Notes: a model not told the origin generated them from the letters alone. DNA of 64,000 bases from Saprospirales bacterium (GCA_947459365.1 CANHDG010000001.1:28566-92565); one strand, 5' to 3'. Numbered from the stretch's first letter, positions 46,486-56,395 are shown. Numbers and translations are program-made.

Positions 46486-48249
46486 CTAGCGCTTGAAAGA
46501 ACGCTCAAAAACAGATCTGTTACCACGATCATCTGTTGCCTCCAACGATAATGTGTGAATACCCGGTTTTAATTGGTTGTCAAACCAATGCGTTAGCCGA
46601 TCTCGCTTTTTATCATACTCAAATAAAACCCATTTACCGTCAATGGTTCCTCTCCAATTAAGTGCGTCTGCCTTATCTGTTACATCGACATTATCTGTGA
46701 TACGAAAGGACATGGCAGCCTTGTTGCGCATGTCGGAATCAAATACCACTGCTGATATGGTAGGGGCTGTTTCATCAACCATAATACAGTAGGTTCCAAA
46801 CGAGCGAACTTGTGTTGTTAAAAAGCCATCTTTCCAAATCCCTCCACAGTTATCGGGTCGTTTCCCTCCAACTCGAGCAACAAAAGCCTTTTTGCGAAGC
46901 TCTGTAGAAAGCGTTGTTGGTAAAATGCCAACATCAAAGAATCGATGCACCGGGGTAGTATATTCGTGAAGCCGATGCAGAGAAGAATAAACATCTGCTC
47001 TGTTGCTTAATTCTGAATAATATTTCAACTTTAAATCCTCATATAAAGACCCCTTGGGCATGGACAAGTTAAACTCCGCTAACTGAAGGTTGTTCTCCTG
47101 CTCAATAGGAAACAGATATTGATACGCCACTGGATCTAGTTGTAGCATATTGGTATCTCTAAATAAAGTAAATTGAACATTTGATTTATTTCCTGCAGCG
47201 TCCATTGCAACAACCGTCACTTCGGTTGGCTGAGTGGCGCTAAGCGACATTGAGCCCATTTTCTCCGTACGTTCATACATGGTTAATTTGTCACCTGGAA
47301 GCACAAACAACCGATGAAACCAGGCGCCAAATTTCTTTTGTGCTGAATAATCACAGTGCGCGTTTAAATACCTAGTTTCCTCAAAGTGAAAGTCCTCTGC
47401 CGTCCAACCATATACTAATTGCCCATTAGCAAAAACACTTAATGCATATACCCCATTATTGTTACTCGTTGCATTACTTTTATCATATACTTTAATCCCC
47501 AAACCAATTCTCCATGCACCGATCCGCTTTTCCTCTAGACCACCCTTCAAGCCATAAACACCTTCTTTTCGTCTTTCTATCGGCAAGGGTAAAGAACTTG
47601 TCACCTCACGACGCTCATTCAATATATACAATTTCATATCCCGCACCTCTGGAGGGCGGTTGTCCCCAACAGGGATTCCAAACAATAGAGGGTTAATAGC
47701 CTTACCAGCGGCCCTAATCTCAAAGTGTAGGTGTGGACCAGTGCTTCCACCCGAGTTTCCCATTTTTCCTATCTCCTCTCCTTTTCGGACCGGGTACTTG
47801 TCTTTGGGTAGATCAATCGTTACCTCAAATTTCTCCCGTTTATACTGGACTTCTTTTACCAAACTGGCTAAATGGGGACTAAACTTATCCAAATGGGCAT
47901 AGACTGTGGAATAACCATTCGAATGCTTGATGTACAACACATTACCATACCCACTGCTTTGAACCTTTATCTGATCAATATAACCCGCAGCAGCAGCATA
48001 GACCGCTTGACCAACGCCCCCCGTTTTACTCTTTAAATCCAAACCAGCATGAAAATGGTTGTTCCTAAGCTCGCCAAATGTCCCAGAAACCAATAAAGGA
48101 TTATCGACCGGAGAGATAAAAAAATCCTTCGGATATGCTGCAATCACAGCAATTGGATCTTTTGGGGCACGTTCTTTACCCGGGCTATGTATAGAAAAAA
48201 CAGGTAAAATTAATAACGCAGAAAAGGTGGCTTTTTTTAGTAGTTTCAT
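46486..48249 (-). CDS. M23-family metallopeptidase (LytM-type) with a large C-terminal extension
   Basis: 587 aa with a signal peptide. HFHAGLDL and GPHLHFEI zinc-site motifs. Confidence 0.88.
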   Translation of the reverse strand: MKLLKKATFSALLILPVFSIHSPGKERAPKDPIAVIAAYPKDFFISPVDNPLLVSGTFGELRNNHFHAGLDLKSKTGGVGQAVYAAAAGYIDQIKVQSSGYGNVLYIKHSNGYSTVYAHLDKFSPHLASLVKEVQYKREKFEVTIDLPKDKYPVRKGEEIGKMGNSGGSTGPHLHFEIRAAGKAINPLLFGIPVGDNRPPEVRDMKLYILNERREVTSSLPLPIERRKEGVYGLKGGLEEKRIGAWRIGLGIKVYDKSNATSNNNGVYALSVFANGQLVYGWTAEDFHFEETRYLNAHCDYSAQKKFGAWFHRLFVLPGDKLTMYERTEKMGSMSLSATQPTEVTVVAMDAAGNKSNVQFTLFRDTNMLQLDPVAYQYLFPIEQENNLQLAEFNLSMPKGSLYEDLKLKYYSELSNRADVYSSLHRLHEYTTPVHRFFDVGILPTTLSTELRKKAFVARVGGKRPDNCGGIWKDGFLTTQVRSFGTYCIMVDETAPTISAVVFDSDMRNKAAMSFRITDNVDVTDKADALNWRGTIDGKWVLFEYDKKRDRLTHWFDNQLKPGIHTLSLEATDDRGNRSVFERSFKR

Positions 48250-48368
48250 CCATTCGTGTTTATACCTGGGTAAAATTACATAGTTGAACTATAATATTGA
48301 AGAGCCATCTAAAATATTATAGCCACAGCCACAGCTATTCACGTTTCAATCTAAAATGGGAACCGACC

Positions 48369-48704
48369 TTAAGCAACCAACTCAGCAGCCAAGGATGATA
48401 TCTGCTTGATGCGCTGTTTGTCAATAGAATAATAAATAAACTTTCCGCTTCGCTCCGTTTTAACTACCCCCGCGCGCCGAAGAATCGCAAGGTGCTGGCT
48501 AGCTACACTCTGCTCGATGCGAAGCTTAATATAAATTTCAGAAACCGTTAGGCGAGCTCCTTGATCGATAAGCTCCAGCATTTTCTGCCGTAACTTATGG
48601 TTCAAAGCACGAAGAACAAGTACAGCTTTTCGTAATTCACTATAATCAATTGGGAAATTTTGATCTTGTGCCGATTGAGACGTTTCGTTTTTTGACTTTG
48701 CCAT
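48369..48704 (-). CDS. ArsR/SmtB-family winged-helix transcriptional regulator (no Cys metal site)
   Basis: 111 aa. LRALNHKLRQKMLELI...VSEIYIKLRIEQSVASQHLAILRRAGVV. The sequence contains no cysteine. Confidence 0.88.
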   Translation of the reverse strand: MAKSKNETSQSAQDQNFPIDYSELRKAVLVLRALNHKLRQKMLELIDQGARLTVSEIYIKLRIEQSVASQHLAILRRAGVVKTERSGKFIYYSIDKQRIKQISSLAAELVA

Positions 48705-48842
48705 AAAATTTGGATTTTAAATACAACCTGAACAGTAAAACCAGGCGATGAATCGAAACATCTGCCATGTAACGCTTTACTGTCTAAACAACAAGTACCG
48801 GAGGCAAAAAAACAAGTAAGATTAAATAAACAAGTGAACACT

Positions 48843-49553
48843 TTAAGGATTAATCTTCGCCGGCTGAGTAATATTAGGCGGTTTCATATAAAATGGCTCA
48901 AAGGCCGCCAAAAGCTCAAATTCCTTGTTTTTATACTTTTTTTCAGCAATTTGCGTTAAAAAGCGCGCAGAAGAGTTTTTGGCAGTGCGAATATAGGTGT
49001 TATTTCCAAAATTACTACTATTAATTTTATCCTGACCGTTCCCAGCAAGCAGCATTGCCTCAATCTCACCTAGGTTTAAACTCCGAACCCAATCCTCTAA
49101 GGCTCCGTCATCCAGAATTAACGGCTGCGCAGGCACAAGTGCGTCCAAATCACTTCTATAAGCGGACAACCACACTTCATTTCTTCTAGCATCTACCATA
49201 GAAATACAAAGCGCCTCATCCGGCAGCCCTCCCAATTCAAACGCCCCTGCAGCCAAAGCTGCTAACGTATCAACCGAAATCAGCGGAATATCCAAGGCAT
49301 AACACAACCCCTTTGCTGTCGAGACGCCTGTTCGCAAAGAGGTATAAGCACCTGGACCCGCACTCACCGCCACGGCATCCAACTGATCAATTGCGATGCC
49401 CGCGTCAGCTAAGCAAGCTTCCGTTAGCATGGTTACATAAGCAATATGCTGACGACAATCAGGCTCCTCTTTTAAAGATGCCAACCTCCCAGCTACACTA
49501 ACCGCTATGCTGCAAACCTCCGTCGCAGTTTCAATTTGTAAAATAGTTGCCAT
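48843..49553 (-). CDS. tsaB: tRNA t6A37 biosynthesis protein TsaB
   Basis: The track ORF extends to 49646. The internal ATG at 49553 gives MATILQIETATEVCSIAV, a canonical TsaB N-terminus. Confidence 0.88.
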   Translation of the reverse strand: MATILQIETATEVCSIAVSVAGRLASLKEEPDCRQHIAYVTMLTEACLADAGIAIDQLDAVAVSAGPGAYTSLRTGVSTAKGLCYALDIPLISVDTLAALAAGAFELGGLPDEALCISMVDARRNEVWLSAYRSDLDALVPAQPLILDDGALEDWVRSLNLGEIEAMLLAGNGQDKINSSNFGNNTYIRTAKNSSARFLTQIAEKKYKNKEFELLAAFEPFYMKPPNITQPAKINP

Positions 49554-49622
49554 AGAATATTTAGGGCACAAAGGTCGAAAATCTGAACCTAAATTTATTT
49601 TTTTAGTCACCAATCCTACTTG

Positions 49623-49630
49623 TACCTTTG
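49623..49630 (+). promoter_or_regulatory. Bacteroidota -7 promoter box (TAnnTTTG)
   Basis: TACCTTTG lies 37 nt upstream of ATG 49668. Confidence 0.5.
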
Positions 49631-49667
49631 CCCTATTCTTCTTCATTCACCGTATTTATTTCCTACC

Positions 49668-50753
49668 ATGAAAATTAAACCCTCTCTGAGAGATTATTTC
49701 TATTTTACTAAAACGGAACGATTCGGCATTCTTGTCCTATCAACCGTGCTGTTTTTGCTATTACTTTCGCCCTCATTGTACAAGTGGATAATCCATCCTA
49801 AAGAAATGGAAAGTCTATACAATGACCCTGTTTTGGTATTTGATGCCCCGCAACCAACTCAAGCTAAAGATGAACGTCTTTTCTTCTTTGATCCAAACAC
49901 CGCTACAGAATCAGAGCTCATTCACCTCGGCATCCCGCCCAAAACCGCATCCAGCATCATAAAATACAGACAAAAAGGGGGCATTTTTAAAAAAAAGGAA
50001 GACCTCGCGCGCATCTATAACCTAAAAGAGGCAGACTATTTAAGGCTCTATCCATGGATCCATTTTCCGTCTAACAATAGCCAAGCAGACAGTAAAGGAT
50101 CCTTTACCACTCCAAATGACACCGCTACTATTCATCCTATTAACCCCAATAATGCAACGGAAGAGCAGCTTAAACAGGTTGGAATCTCCGCCCAAACAAG
50201 AAAAGCATGGATCAATTACCTAGCCAAAGGAGGTTCTTTCAAGAGAATAGAAGAGATCAAAAAGCTATATCCGCTCACTGATGCTGATTATTTGAAAATA
50301 TTTCCCCACTTACATATTCCACCCAAAGAGGTTAACAGACCCTCGGAGCTAATAATCAAATCCATTGAAATAAACACCGCAACATACGAACAATGGGTTT
50401 CCCTACCGGGTATTGGCAGAAGCTGGGCCGGAAAAATTATGCGCTTCAAAGAAAAACTAGGGGGCTTCACCCAAATTTCTCAAGTGGCAGAAACCTTTGG
50501 TCTACCGGATAGTGTTTACCAAAAAATTGTACCCTTATTAAATCTGAAGGAAACAAAACCATCTACTGTACCCTTAAATACTGCCTCTTTTGATCAACTC
50601 AATCAACATCCATACATTAATGCTCAACAAGCAAAGTGGATTATCGCTTATAGACAACAACATGGCACATTTGAAAGGGTAGAAGATCTCCTGAAAATTC
50701 CCACCCTTAATGCAAATTGGTTTGAAAAAACAAAACCCTATTTATCACTTTGA
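49668..50753 (+). CDS. ComEA-family membrane-anchored protein with four tandem helix-hairpin-helix DNA-binding modules
   Basis: ATG 49668 gives MKIKPSLRDYFYF followed by a TM helix. Four repeats of the pattern N.A..E.L..l.GI....A..I..YR...G.F are present. Confidence 0.8.
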   Translation: MKIKPSLRDYFYFTKTERFGILVLSTVLFLLLLSPSLYKWIIHPKEMESLYNDPVLVFDAPQPTQAKDERLFFFDPNTATESELIHLGIPPKTASSIIKYRQKGGIFKKKEDLARIYNLKEADYLRLYPWIHFPSNNSQADSKGSFTTPNDTATIHPINPNNATEEQLKQVGISAQTRKAWINYLAKGGSFKRIEEIKKLYPLTDADYLKIFPHLHIPPKEVNRPSELIIKSIEINTATYEQWVSLPGIGRSWAGKIMRFKEKLGGFTQISQVAETFGLPDSVYQKIVPLLNLKETKPSTVPLNTASFDQLNQHPYINAQQAKWIIAYRQQHGTFERVEDLLKIPTLNANWFEKTKPYLSL

Positions 50754-51094
50754 TTACTCAGACCAAGAGAATACGCCGCCACTGCTTTTATCTCCTCTTC
50801 TGATAAGATTGACTTGAAAGGAGTCATCAGATTTTTTCCATTGGTTATAATCTGTATCCGGTCGTGTATCGGCAATACAGATATAGACAAATCTTTCGCA
50901 CCATTTAAGCCTAATTTTCCATCGGCTCCATGGCAGGTTATACAATTCTTTCGGTAAACAGCCATGCCATCTACCAATGCACTAGACGCTCCACCTTTTG
51001 TCCTCACCGCAGCAACTTGCTTCTCAATTTCGTCAGAAGCAGAGGTGCACGACACGGCGAACAGTGTCATTGTTAGAAAAGTTGATAATTTCAT
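50738..51094 (-). CDS. class I c-type cytochrome (mono-haem), exported
   Basis: 118 aa. Signal/lipobox FAVSC, haem motif CITCHG, distal NLMTPF Met context. Confidence 0.85.
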   Translation of the reverse strand: MKLSTFLTMTLFAVSCTSASDEIEKQVAAVRTKGGASSALVDGMAVYRKNCITCHGADGKLGLNGAKDLSISVLPIHDRIQIITNGKNLMTPFKSILSEEEIKAVAAYSLGLSNQSDK

Positions 51095-51146
51095 AATATG
51101 GAATAGTTTCTTTAAAAGTTTGACCCCAGAACGTACATTTGCACTT

Positions 51147-51250
51147 TAGAATGGATTAACTACATTTTTATCAAATGTTTGTTCATAGTGTTTGTTTTTT
51201 TGTTTTGTCCCTGTTCAGTAGTAAATATGTAACAGGGATTTTTTATTATT
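51147..51250 (+). ncRNA. candidate ~100-nt small RNA, bracketed by a promoter box and a terminator (speculative)
   Basis: TACATTTG -7 box at 51134-51141 and a terminator hairpin at 51209-51237 plus T-run. No ORF and no family recognised. Confidence 0.2.
51209..51250 (+). terminator. intrinsic-terminator-like hairpin in a divergent intergenic region
   Basis: ccctgtt (51209-51215) pairs with aacaggg (51231-51237), followed by attttttatt. The minus-strand version is followed by an A/C-rich tract, so it is plus-strand specific. Confidence 0.55.
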
Positions 51251-51258
51251 ATTCTACC

Positions 51259-51266
51259 TATTTTTG
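51259..51266 (+). promoter_or_regulatory. Bacteroidota -7 promoter box for recN
   Basis: TATTTTTG lies 48 nt upstream of ATG 51315. The track ORF 'start' at TTG 51264 sits inside this box. Confidence 0.5.
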
Positions 51267-51314
51267 CAGGGCTTTTATTATAAAGCGTTTCCTGCCAAAC
51301 AGTCAATCCAACCC

Positions 51315-52970
51315 ATGCTAAAAAAGCTTTTTATCCGAAATTACGCACTGATCGACGAGCTTACTATTAATTGCTCTGATCATCTTACCATTATTACGGG
51401 TGAAACTGGTGCAGGAAAATCCATCCTACTAGGTGCCTTAGGACTAATCATGGGGGAACGTGCGGATAACAAAATTTTTTATAACGGACATGAAAAGTGT
51501 GTCGTAGAAGGATTCTTTGACGTCTCCTCCTACGATCTGAAGGGCTTCTTCAGTGCTCATGAGCTTGACTACGATGATGAGGTGGTCATCCGGAGGGAGT
51601 TGTCGCCGGCAGGAAAGAGCCGCGCCTTTATCAACGACACCCCAGTCAACAACCAACTGCTTCAACGGCTCACCGAAAGCTTGATTGACCTCCATCAACA
51701 GTTTGACACCCTTGATATTCACAGCGTCAACTTCCAACTCAGAATGATTGACGCACTCGCTAATAATAGTCCACTGCTAAAAAACTACCAACAAGGATAT
51801 AGACAATACTCTGCAGATCGACGCAGACTAGAGGACATGATCTCAAGAAGCGCAAATGGCGCAAAAGAAATGGAGTTCATGCGGTTTCAACTAGAAGAGT
51901 TATACCAAGCAGCATTAACAGAAGGTGAACAAGAGCTACTTGAAAATGAATTGAACAGACTAACAAATGCAGAGGGAATCAAGCGAACTTGTGGGGCGGC
52001 TTACAACCTTCTTGCAGAGGCAGAGGTTAATATCACAAATCAACTACTCGAACTTAGTCGATCCATCAACACAGTAAAAAAGCTGTCGCCAGAGCTTTTA
52101 AACCTCAGTGCACAACTAGACGGAATATTAGAGGAGGTTCAAGCGTTTGCAAAAGAATGTGACCGGATTGCAGAGCGAACAGAATACGAACCTCAACGTA
52201 TCAACGAAATTCATGAGCGGCTTAACACCCTCTACAAACTACAAAAAAAACACGCTTTAAATGATGTTCGTGCTCTGATTCAGTTACAGGAAGACTTGGA
52301 GCGACAAACATCCGGATTCACCGATCTTAGCTCTGCTATTACAGACCTTGAACAGACCATCACCCAACAGGAAATCAAACTTAAAAAGGAAGCCGAACAA
52401 TTAAGTAGCCGCCGCCGCTCCGTAGCTCCTTCCTTTGAACAAAAAGTACAAGAAATGTTGGCCCTGCTCTCTATGCCACATGCCAGACTGCAGGTTAGTA
52501 TCAACGCTACCTCAACGCTGAACAATACTGGCTTGGATGACGTGCAATTCTTATTTGCAACCAATATTGGCAGCCGGTTTCTCCCAATCAAGGATGTCGC
52601 TTCTGGCGGTGAACTATCAAGGCTTAATCTCTGTGCCAAAAGTATCGTTGCTGATGCTATCCCTTTACCAACCCTTATATTTGACGAAATTGACGCAGGC
52701 GTCAGCGGAGATGTTTCAATGAAAATGGGACAAATTCTAAAAGAACTATCTAGAAGACACCAGGTAATTTGCATAACGCACACACCTCAAGTCGCTGCAA
52801 AGGCAGACAAACACTATTTTGTCTATAAAAAGATACAGGAGGACCGTACACTTACCAACGTTCGACCGCTCAACGAAGAAGAACGAGTTCGCTCCATCGC
52901 TGTAATGCTCAGTGGCAATCCACCTAGTGATGCAGCACTTGTTACAGCGAAGGAGCTTATCTCTAATTAA
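51315..52970 (+). CDS. recN: DNA repair protein RecN
   Basis: MLKKLFIRNYALIDEL, Walker A GETGAGKS, coiled coil, and signature/Walker B SGGELSRL...LIFDEIDAGVSG. Confidence 0.95.
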   Translation: MLKKLFIRNYALIDELTINCSDHLTIITGETGAGKSILLGALGLIMGERADNKIFYNGHEKCVVEGFFDVSSYDLKGFFSAHELDYDDEVVIRRELSPAGKSRAFINDTPVNNQLLQRLTESLIDLHQQFDTLDIHSVNFQLRMIDALANNSPLLKNYQQGYRQYSADRRRLEDMISRSANGAKEMEFMRFQLEELYQAALTEGEQELLENELNRLTNAEGIKRTCGAAYNLLAEAEVNITNQLLELSRSINTVKKLSPELLNLSAQLDGILEEVQAFAKECDRIAERTEYEPQRINEIHERLNTLYKLQKKHALNDVRALIQLQEDLERQTSGFTDLSSAITDLEQTITQQEIKLKKEAEQLSSRRRSVAPSFEQKVQEMLALLSMPHARLQVSINATSTLNNTGLDDVQFLFATNIGSRFLPIKDVASGGELSRLNLCAKSIVADAIPLPTLIFDEIDAGVSGDVSMKMGQILKELSRRHQVICITHTPQVAAKADKHYFVYKKIQEDRTLTNVRPLNEEERVRSIAVMLSGNPPSDAALVTAKELISN

Positions 52971-54298
52971 ATTACTTTTGTCACACCGGGTATTGCACAG
53001 GGATAAATCCCATCTTCTCTAGGCAATACCTTCGGCAATGCATCCCAGTCTAAGCGTACGGGCATAAGATCAATTTCTGATTGTAAAGCCGCGTCCCACT
53101 CAATTAATTGACCAGAATACGTGGCCATACGGCCCATAATTGCCGTCATTGTACTCTTGGCAGCATTTTCGGCATCCGCGAATTTATATTCCGATTTTGC
53201 TATAGCTGCAAACAACTCGTCGTGCTCCACTTGGTACGGATTAGGGTCATTTTTTGCATCATAATTCAAAATTGAATACCCGCTTCGGGTTTGAATCAAT
53301 CCAGGGTAAGGTGCAACACCGTTAGTACCATGAAATCCTTCCGTAACATCTTCTTTGGTTCCTGGCATCTGTCTACACTGACTAAACATTCTCGAGCCAT
53401 CTGCGTACTCAAACTCAACCACGTGGTGATCAAAAATTTCACCATACTGACTTCCTACACGCACCTGCCTACCTCCGCTACCAAATGCCCTTATCGGATA
53501 TGATTGCTTGACCCAATTGGAAACATCTAAATTGTGAACATGCTGCTCTACAATATGATCCCCACAAAGCCAATTAAAATAGTACCAGTTTTCCATCTGA
53601 TATTGCATTTCCGACATATCAGGCTTTCTATCCTTCACCCACAAGCCTCCCATGTTCCAATAGACCCTAGAAGCGATAACTTCACCGATCACCCCATTCT
53701 GTAGCCGATCTACCCACTCTCTGTATATCTGTTGATAATGCCGTTGCAATCCTACTACTACATTTAGTCGTTTCTGTTTCGCAAGAGCTGCTGCTTCTAA
53801 GACTTTTCGAATCCCGGGAGCATCTGTAGCAACTGGCTTTTCCATAAATACATGCTTACTTTGGGCAACCGCCTCTTTAAAGTGTTCCGGACGAAATCCT
53901 GGCGGCGTTGTCAATATCACCACATCAGCATGTCGAATAGCCTTTTTATATGCGTCGAACCCTACGTATTTATGTTCCTCTGGGACGTTTACTCGGTTTT
54001 TAACCGTTCCTTCTACTCCAATTACATCACTCAAATCATCTGCTGTAATATTTTTATATGCATCATCAATCCGATGACGAAAGGCATCCGCCATGGCGAC
54101 CAGCTGCACCCGCTGATGGCTCAACAATGCCTGAACCGCAGCACCGGTCCCCCTTCCACCACAGCCAATTAAGGCTACTTTGATTGTATCATCAACCAAA
54201 CTCTGTGCCGCCTGAGCTAAAGGAAGACTACTTAACATACTTCCTCCTGTTAACACCGTCGACGTTTTTAAAAAGTTGCGTCTGTTCGTTTTTTTCAT
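52967..54298 (-). CDS. periplasmic Gfo/Idh/MocA-family oxidoreductase with a twin-arginine signal
   Basis: 443 aa. RRNFLKTSTVLTGG Tat motif and Rossmann VALIGCGGRG. Confidence 0.88.
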   Translation of the reverse strand: MKKTNRRNFLKTSTVLTGGSMLSSLPLAQAAQSLVDDTIKVALIGCGGRGTGAAVQALLSHQRVQLVAMADAFRHRIDDAYKNITADDLSDVIGVEGTVKNRVNVPEEHKYVGFDAYKKAIRHADVVILTTPPGFRPEHFKEAVAQSKHVFMEKPVATDAPGIRKVLEAAALAKQKRLNVVVGLQRHYQQIYREWVDRLQNGVIGEVIASRVYWNMGGLWVKDRKPDMSEMQYQMENWYYFNWLCGDHIVEQHVHNLDVSNWVKQSYPIRAFGSGGRQVRVGSQYGEIFDHHVVEFEYADGSRMFSQCRQMPGTKEDVTEGFHGTNGVAPYPGLIQTRSGYSILNYDAKNDPNPYQVEHDELFAAIAKSEYKFADAENAAKSTMTAIMGRMATYSGQLIEWDAALQSEIDLMPVRLDWDALPKVLPREDGIYPCAIPGVTKVI

Positions 54299-54302
54299 GC
54301 GT

Positions 54303-55274
54303 TTAATCTTTTATTACCTTGTTAAAAAATGCATCTCGCTCTTCTTTGGTAATACTTTGGGTGGATCGAACTAAACGGAAACCTACAAACGGAGCATCCG
54401 GGTTCCACCATCGACTCTTTGGAATCTGTGGGTCTCTTGCTTGCCACTTCGGCTCGCTCTTTCTCCTTGCAGCACACCTTAACTGATCAACCTCATCCTC
54501 AAAACAACCACCCTTAAGAGTTCTTGAATGTTTTTTAGTAGGTATAATAACCGGGTTAATGGCACTGGTGTCTATTTGGTTAAAATAATCTTCTACATAA
54601 AAATCGAGACACCATTCCATCACATTGCCATGCATGTCATATAGCCCCCAAGAATTAGGCTTCTTTTGGCCAACCCGCTGATAAGATCCCGAACTATTGC
54701 TATACAGCCATGAATATTCAGACGCCAACGCTTCATCGTCCCCCCAAGAAAACACCGTTTGGGTACCAGCACGACAGGCATACTCCCACTCGGCCTCTGT
54801 CGGTAATCTAAAAAACATTCCCGTTTTATCAGATAACCATTGGCAATACCGTAATGCCGCTTGCTGTGTCATGGTTGCGGCAGGGTATCCTCCTGCTTTA
54901 CCCCTTCCATAAGTAAAATCAAAATAGGGTGGAGAAGGCCTTGAAATAGCATCTGCCTTGAAACCCGGAGTAGATGCTGTGTCCGAATCATATTGAATAA
55001 ATTGAAAGCAAAAAAACTCATCAAAAGTAACTTCGTACATCCCAATCCAAAAACTATCCAACTTTATAGTTTGGTAACCCTCATTTGGCTTTCTACCCAG
55101 TTCCGATTGCCTACTACCCATCGAAAACCTTCCACCCGGTAATAAGACCATTTTAAAACTTTGATCCGTTCCCGGAATAAACACTTGCTCCACTACACCT
55201 TGGCTAGTTAATAAAAGTGCTTGCAAGGATAGCAATAAAAGTAAGATAATGCGTGTATACATTTTCAAAATCAA
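54303..55274 (-). CDS. formylglycine-generating enzyme (SUMF1/FGE) family protein, secreted
   Basis: 323 aa with a signal peptide. RLPTEAEWEYACRAG and GLYDMHGNVMEW motifs. Confidence 0.88.
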   Translation of the reverse strand: MILKMYTRIILLLLLSLQALLLTSQGVVEQVFIPGTDQSFKMVLLPGGRFSMGSRQSELGRKPNEGYQTIKLDSFWIGMYEVTFDEFFCFQFIQYDSDTASTPGFKADAISRPSPPYFDFTYGRGKAGGYPAATMTQQAALRYCQWLSDKTGMFFRLPTEAEWEYACRAGTQTVFSWGDDEALASEYSWLYSNSSGSYQRVGQKKPNSWGLYDMHGNVMEWCLDFYVEDYFNQIDTSAINPVIIPTKKHSRTLKGGCFEDEVDQLRCAARRKSEPKWQARDPQIPKSRWWNPDAPFVGFRLVRSTQSITKEERDAFFNKVIKD

Positions 55275-55384
55275 ACTACCAATAAGGGTGCTTTTTCTAT
55301 AATAATACAGGAGCCTATTGATATATTACTGTGAAGTTATTTACATTCGTGAAATTCTTTCAAGGTTTTTTAATTCAATAACAA

Positions 55385-56224
55385 ATGCGCATTGTTTTTG
55401 CCTATTATGTTGCCATTCCATTTCTTTTGGCAACCCTTTCAATACTTTATCTAGCTTGGAAAGGTACTGAGGGGGTAGCCGTCTGGATAGCACCCTTCTT
55501 GTTAGCATTGTCATTTATCTGGGTCTTCTCACCACAAATAAATTGGTGGTGGTACAAGTCTAACCCACCCCAGCTAGAGCCCGAAGTAGCCCACGCCATC
55601 CGTAAATTCACACCTTTTGCTAAAAGACTTTCCCCTGAAGAGCTATCCCTATTTTACAACCGAGTGGCACTTACTCGACTTGCGACAGACTGGACCGCTA
55701 AAGACCTTCCGGAAGACCTTATACCCCCCGATATGCAAACCGCTGTAGCCGTGCAGTCTGTCATCTGTACCTGGAACCAAAAAGAGTTCTTGATCAAGGA
55801 CTATGAAAAGGTAATCCTAATGCCCGGCCCTTTCCTATCGCCAGAGCATCCAGTCTTTCACTCTGCTGAAAGTTATCTGCCAGAAAATTGTATCTTACTA
55901 AACGCAGCAGCGGTCATGAGTGCATTCCTTCATCCTGAAAATTACTTTAATTTGCCTTTATACTTGTATGCAAAAATTAACTTGGATGTAAGACCAGAAA
56001 TTAATATACCAGAGGATCTCGAAATAGCATTTTTAGATAGAATGGACGCTATCAGCGGCTGGAATATGGATTTCTTAAAAACAGCTCTAGGACAAGATTC
56101 CCTATATACAAAAGCTGTGATGCTCTGCCAATATTTTACTTTCTATGAATCATTCAAGCAAAATATGCCAGAGTGGATTGCATTCCTAGATCAAATGTTT
56201 TTTGAAAAAAAGGAACCAAACTAA
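55385..56224 (+). CDS. hypothetical membrane-anchored protein
   Basis: 279 aa with two N-terminal TM helices. No catalytic motif recognised. Confidence 0.55.
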   Translation: MRIVFAYYVAIPFLLATLSILYLAWKGTEGVAVWIAPFLLALSFIWVFSPQINWWWYKSNPPQLEPEVAHAIRKFTPFAKRLSPEELSLFYNRVALTRLATDWTAKDLPEDLIPPDMQTAVAVQSVICTWNQKEFLIKDYEKVILMPGPFLSPEHPVFHSAESYLPENCILLNAAAVMSAFLHPENYFNLPLYLYAKINLDVRPEINIPEDLEIAFLDRMDAISGWNMDFLKTALGQDSLYTKAVMLCQYFTFYESFKQNMPEWIAFLDQMFFEKKEPN

Positions 56225-56395
56225 TTAGCAATTAATCATGAAAAACAAGCAATCCACAATAATCTAGGCTAAAAACCCTAAGAGAACCAGCATCGTTTGG
56301 GAATAAAAACCCTGTAAACAACTTTTATTTCACGACTGGTCCCAGTATTTCTGTTAAAATTCGCCTTTAAATTTTTATAAAAACAAATTACAACC

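Noticed and set aside
52280-52783. A 167-aa antisense ORF inside recN. Similar antisense ORFs occur at 35581-35970, 35185-35532, 7420-7803, 6006-6380, 25262-25594 and 53852-54172.
   Set aside because: Each lies wholly inside a well-supported conserved gene on the other strand. The translations are Cys/Ser/Arg-rich and low in information, with no motifs. This is the expected by-product of codon bias on the sense strand.
4759-52970. An apparent enrichment of recombination and competence genes (recJ, cinA, rmuC, comEA-like, recN) as a possible system.
   Set aside because: They are scattered over 48 kb on both strands and interspersed with unrelated housekeeping genes. Each has its own promoter context, so there is no operonic link.
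55385-56224. Possible MtfA/M90-like peptidase identity for the hypothetical protein.
   Set aside because: There is no HExxH or other zinc motif. The resemblance is only a vague length and pattern impression, so I left it as hypothetical.
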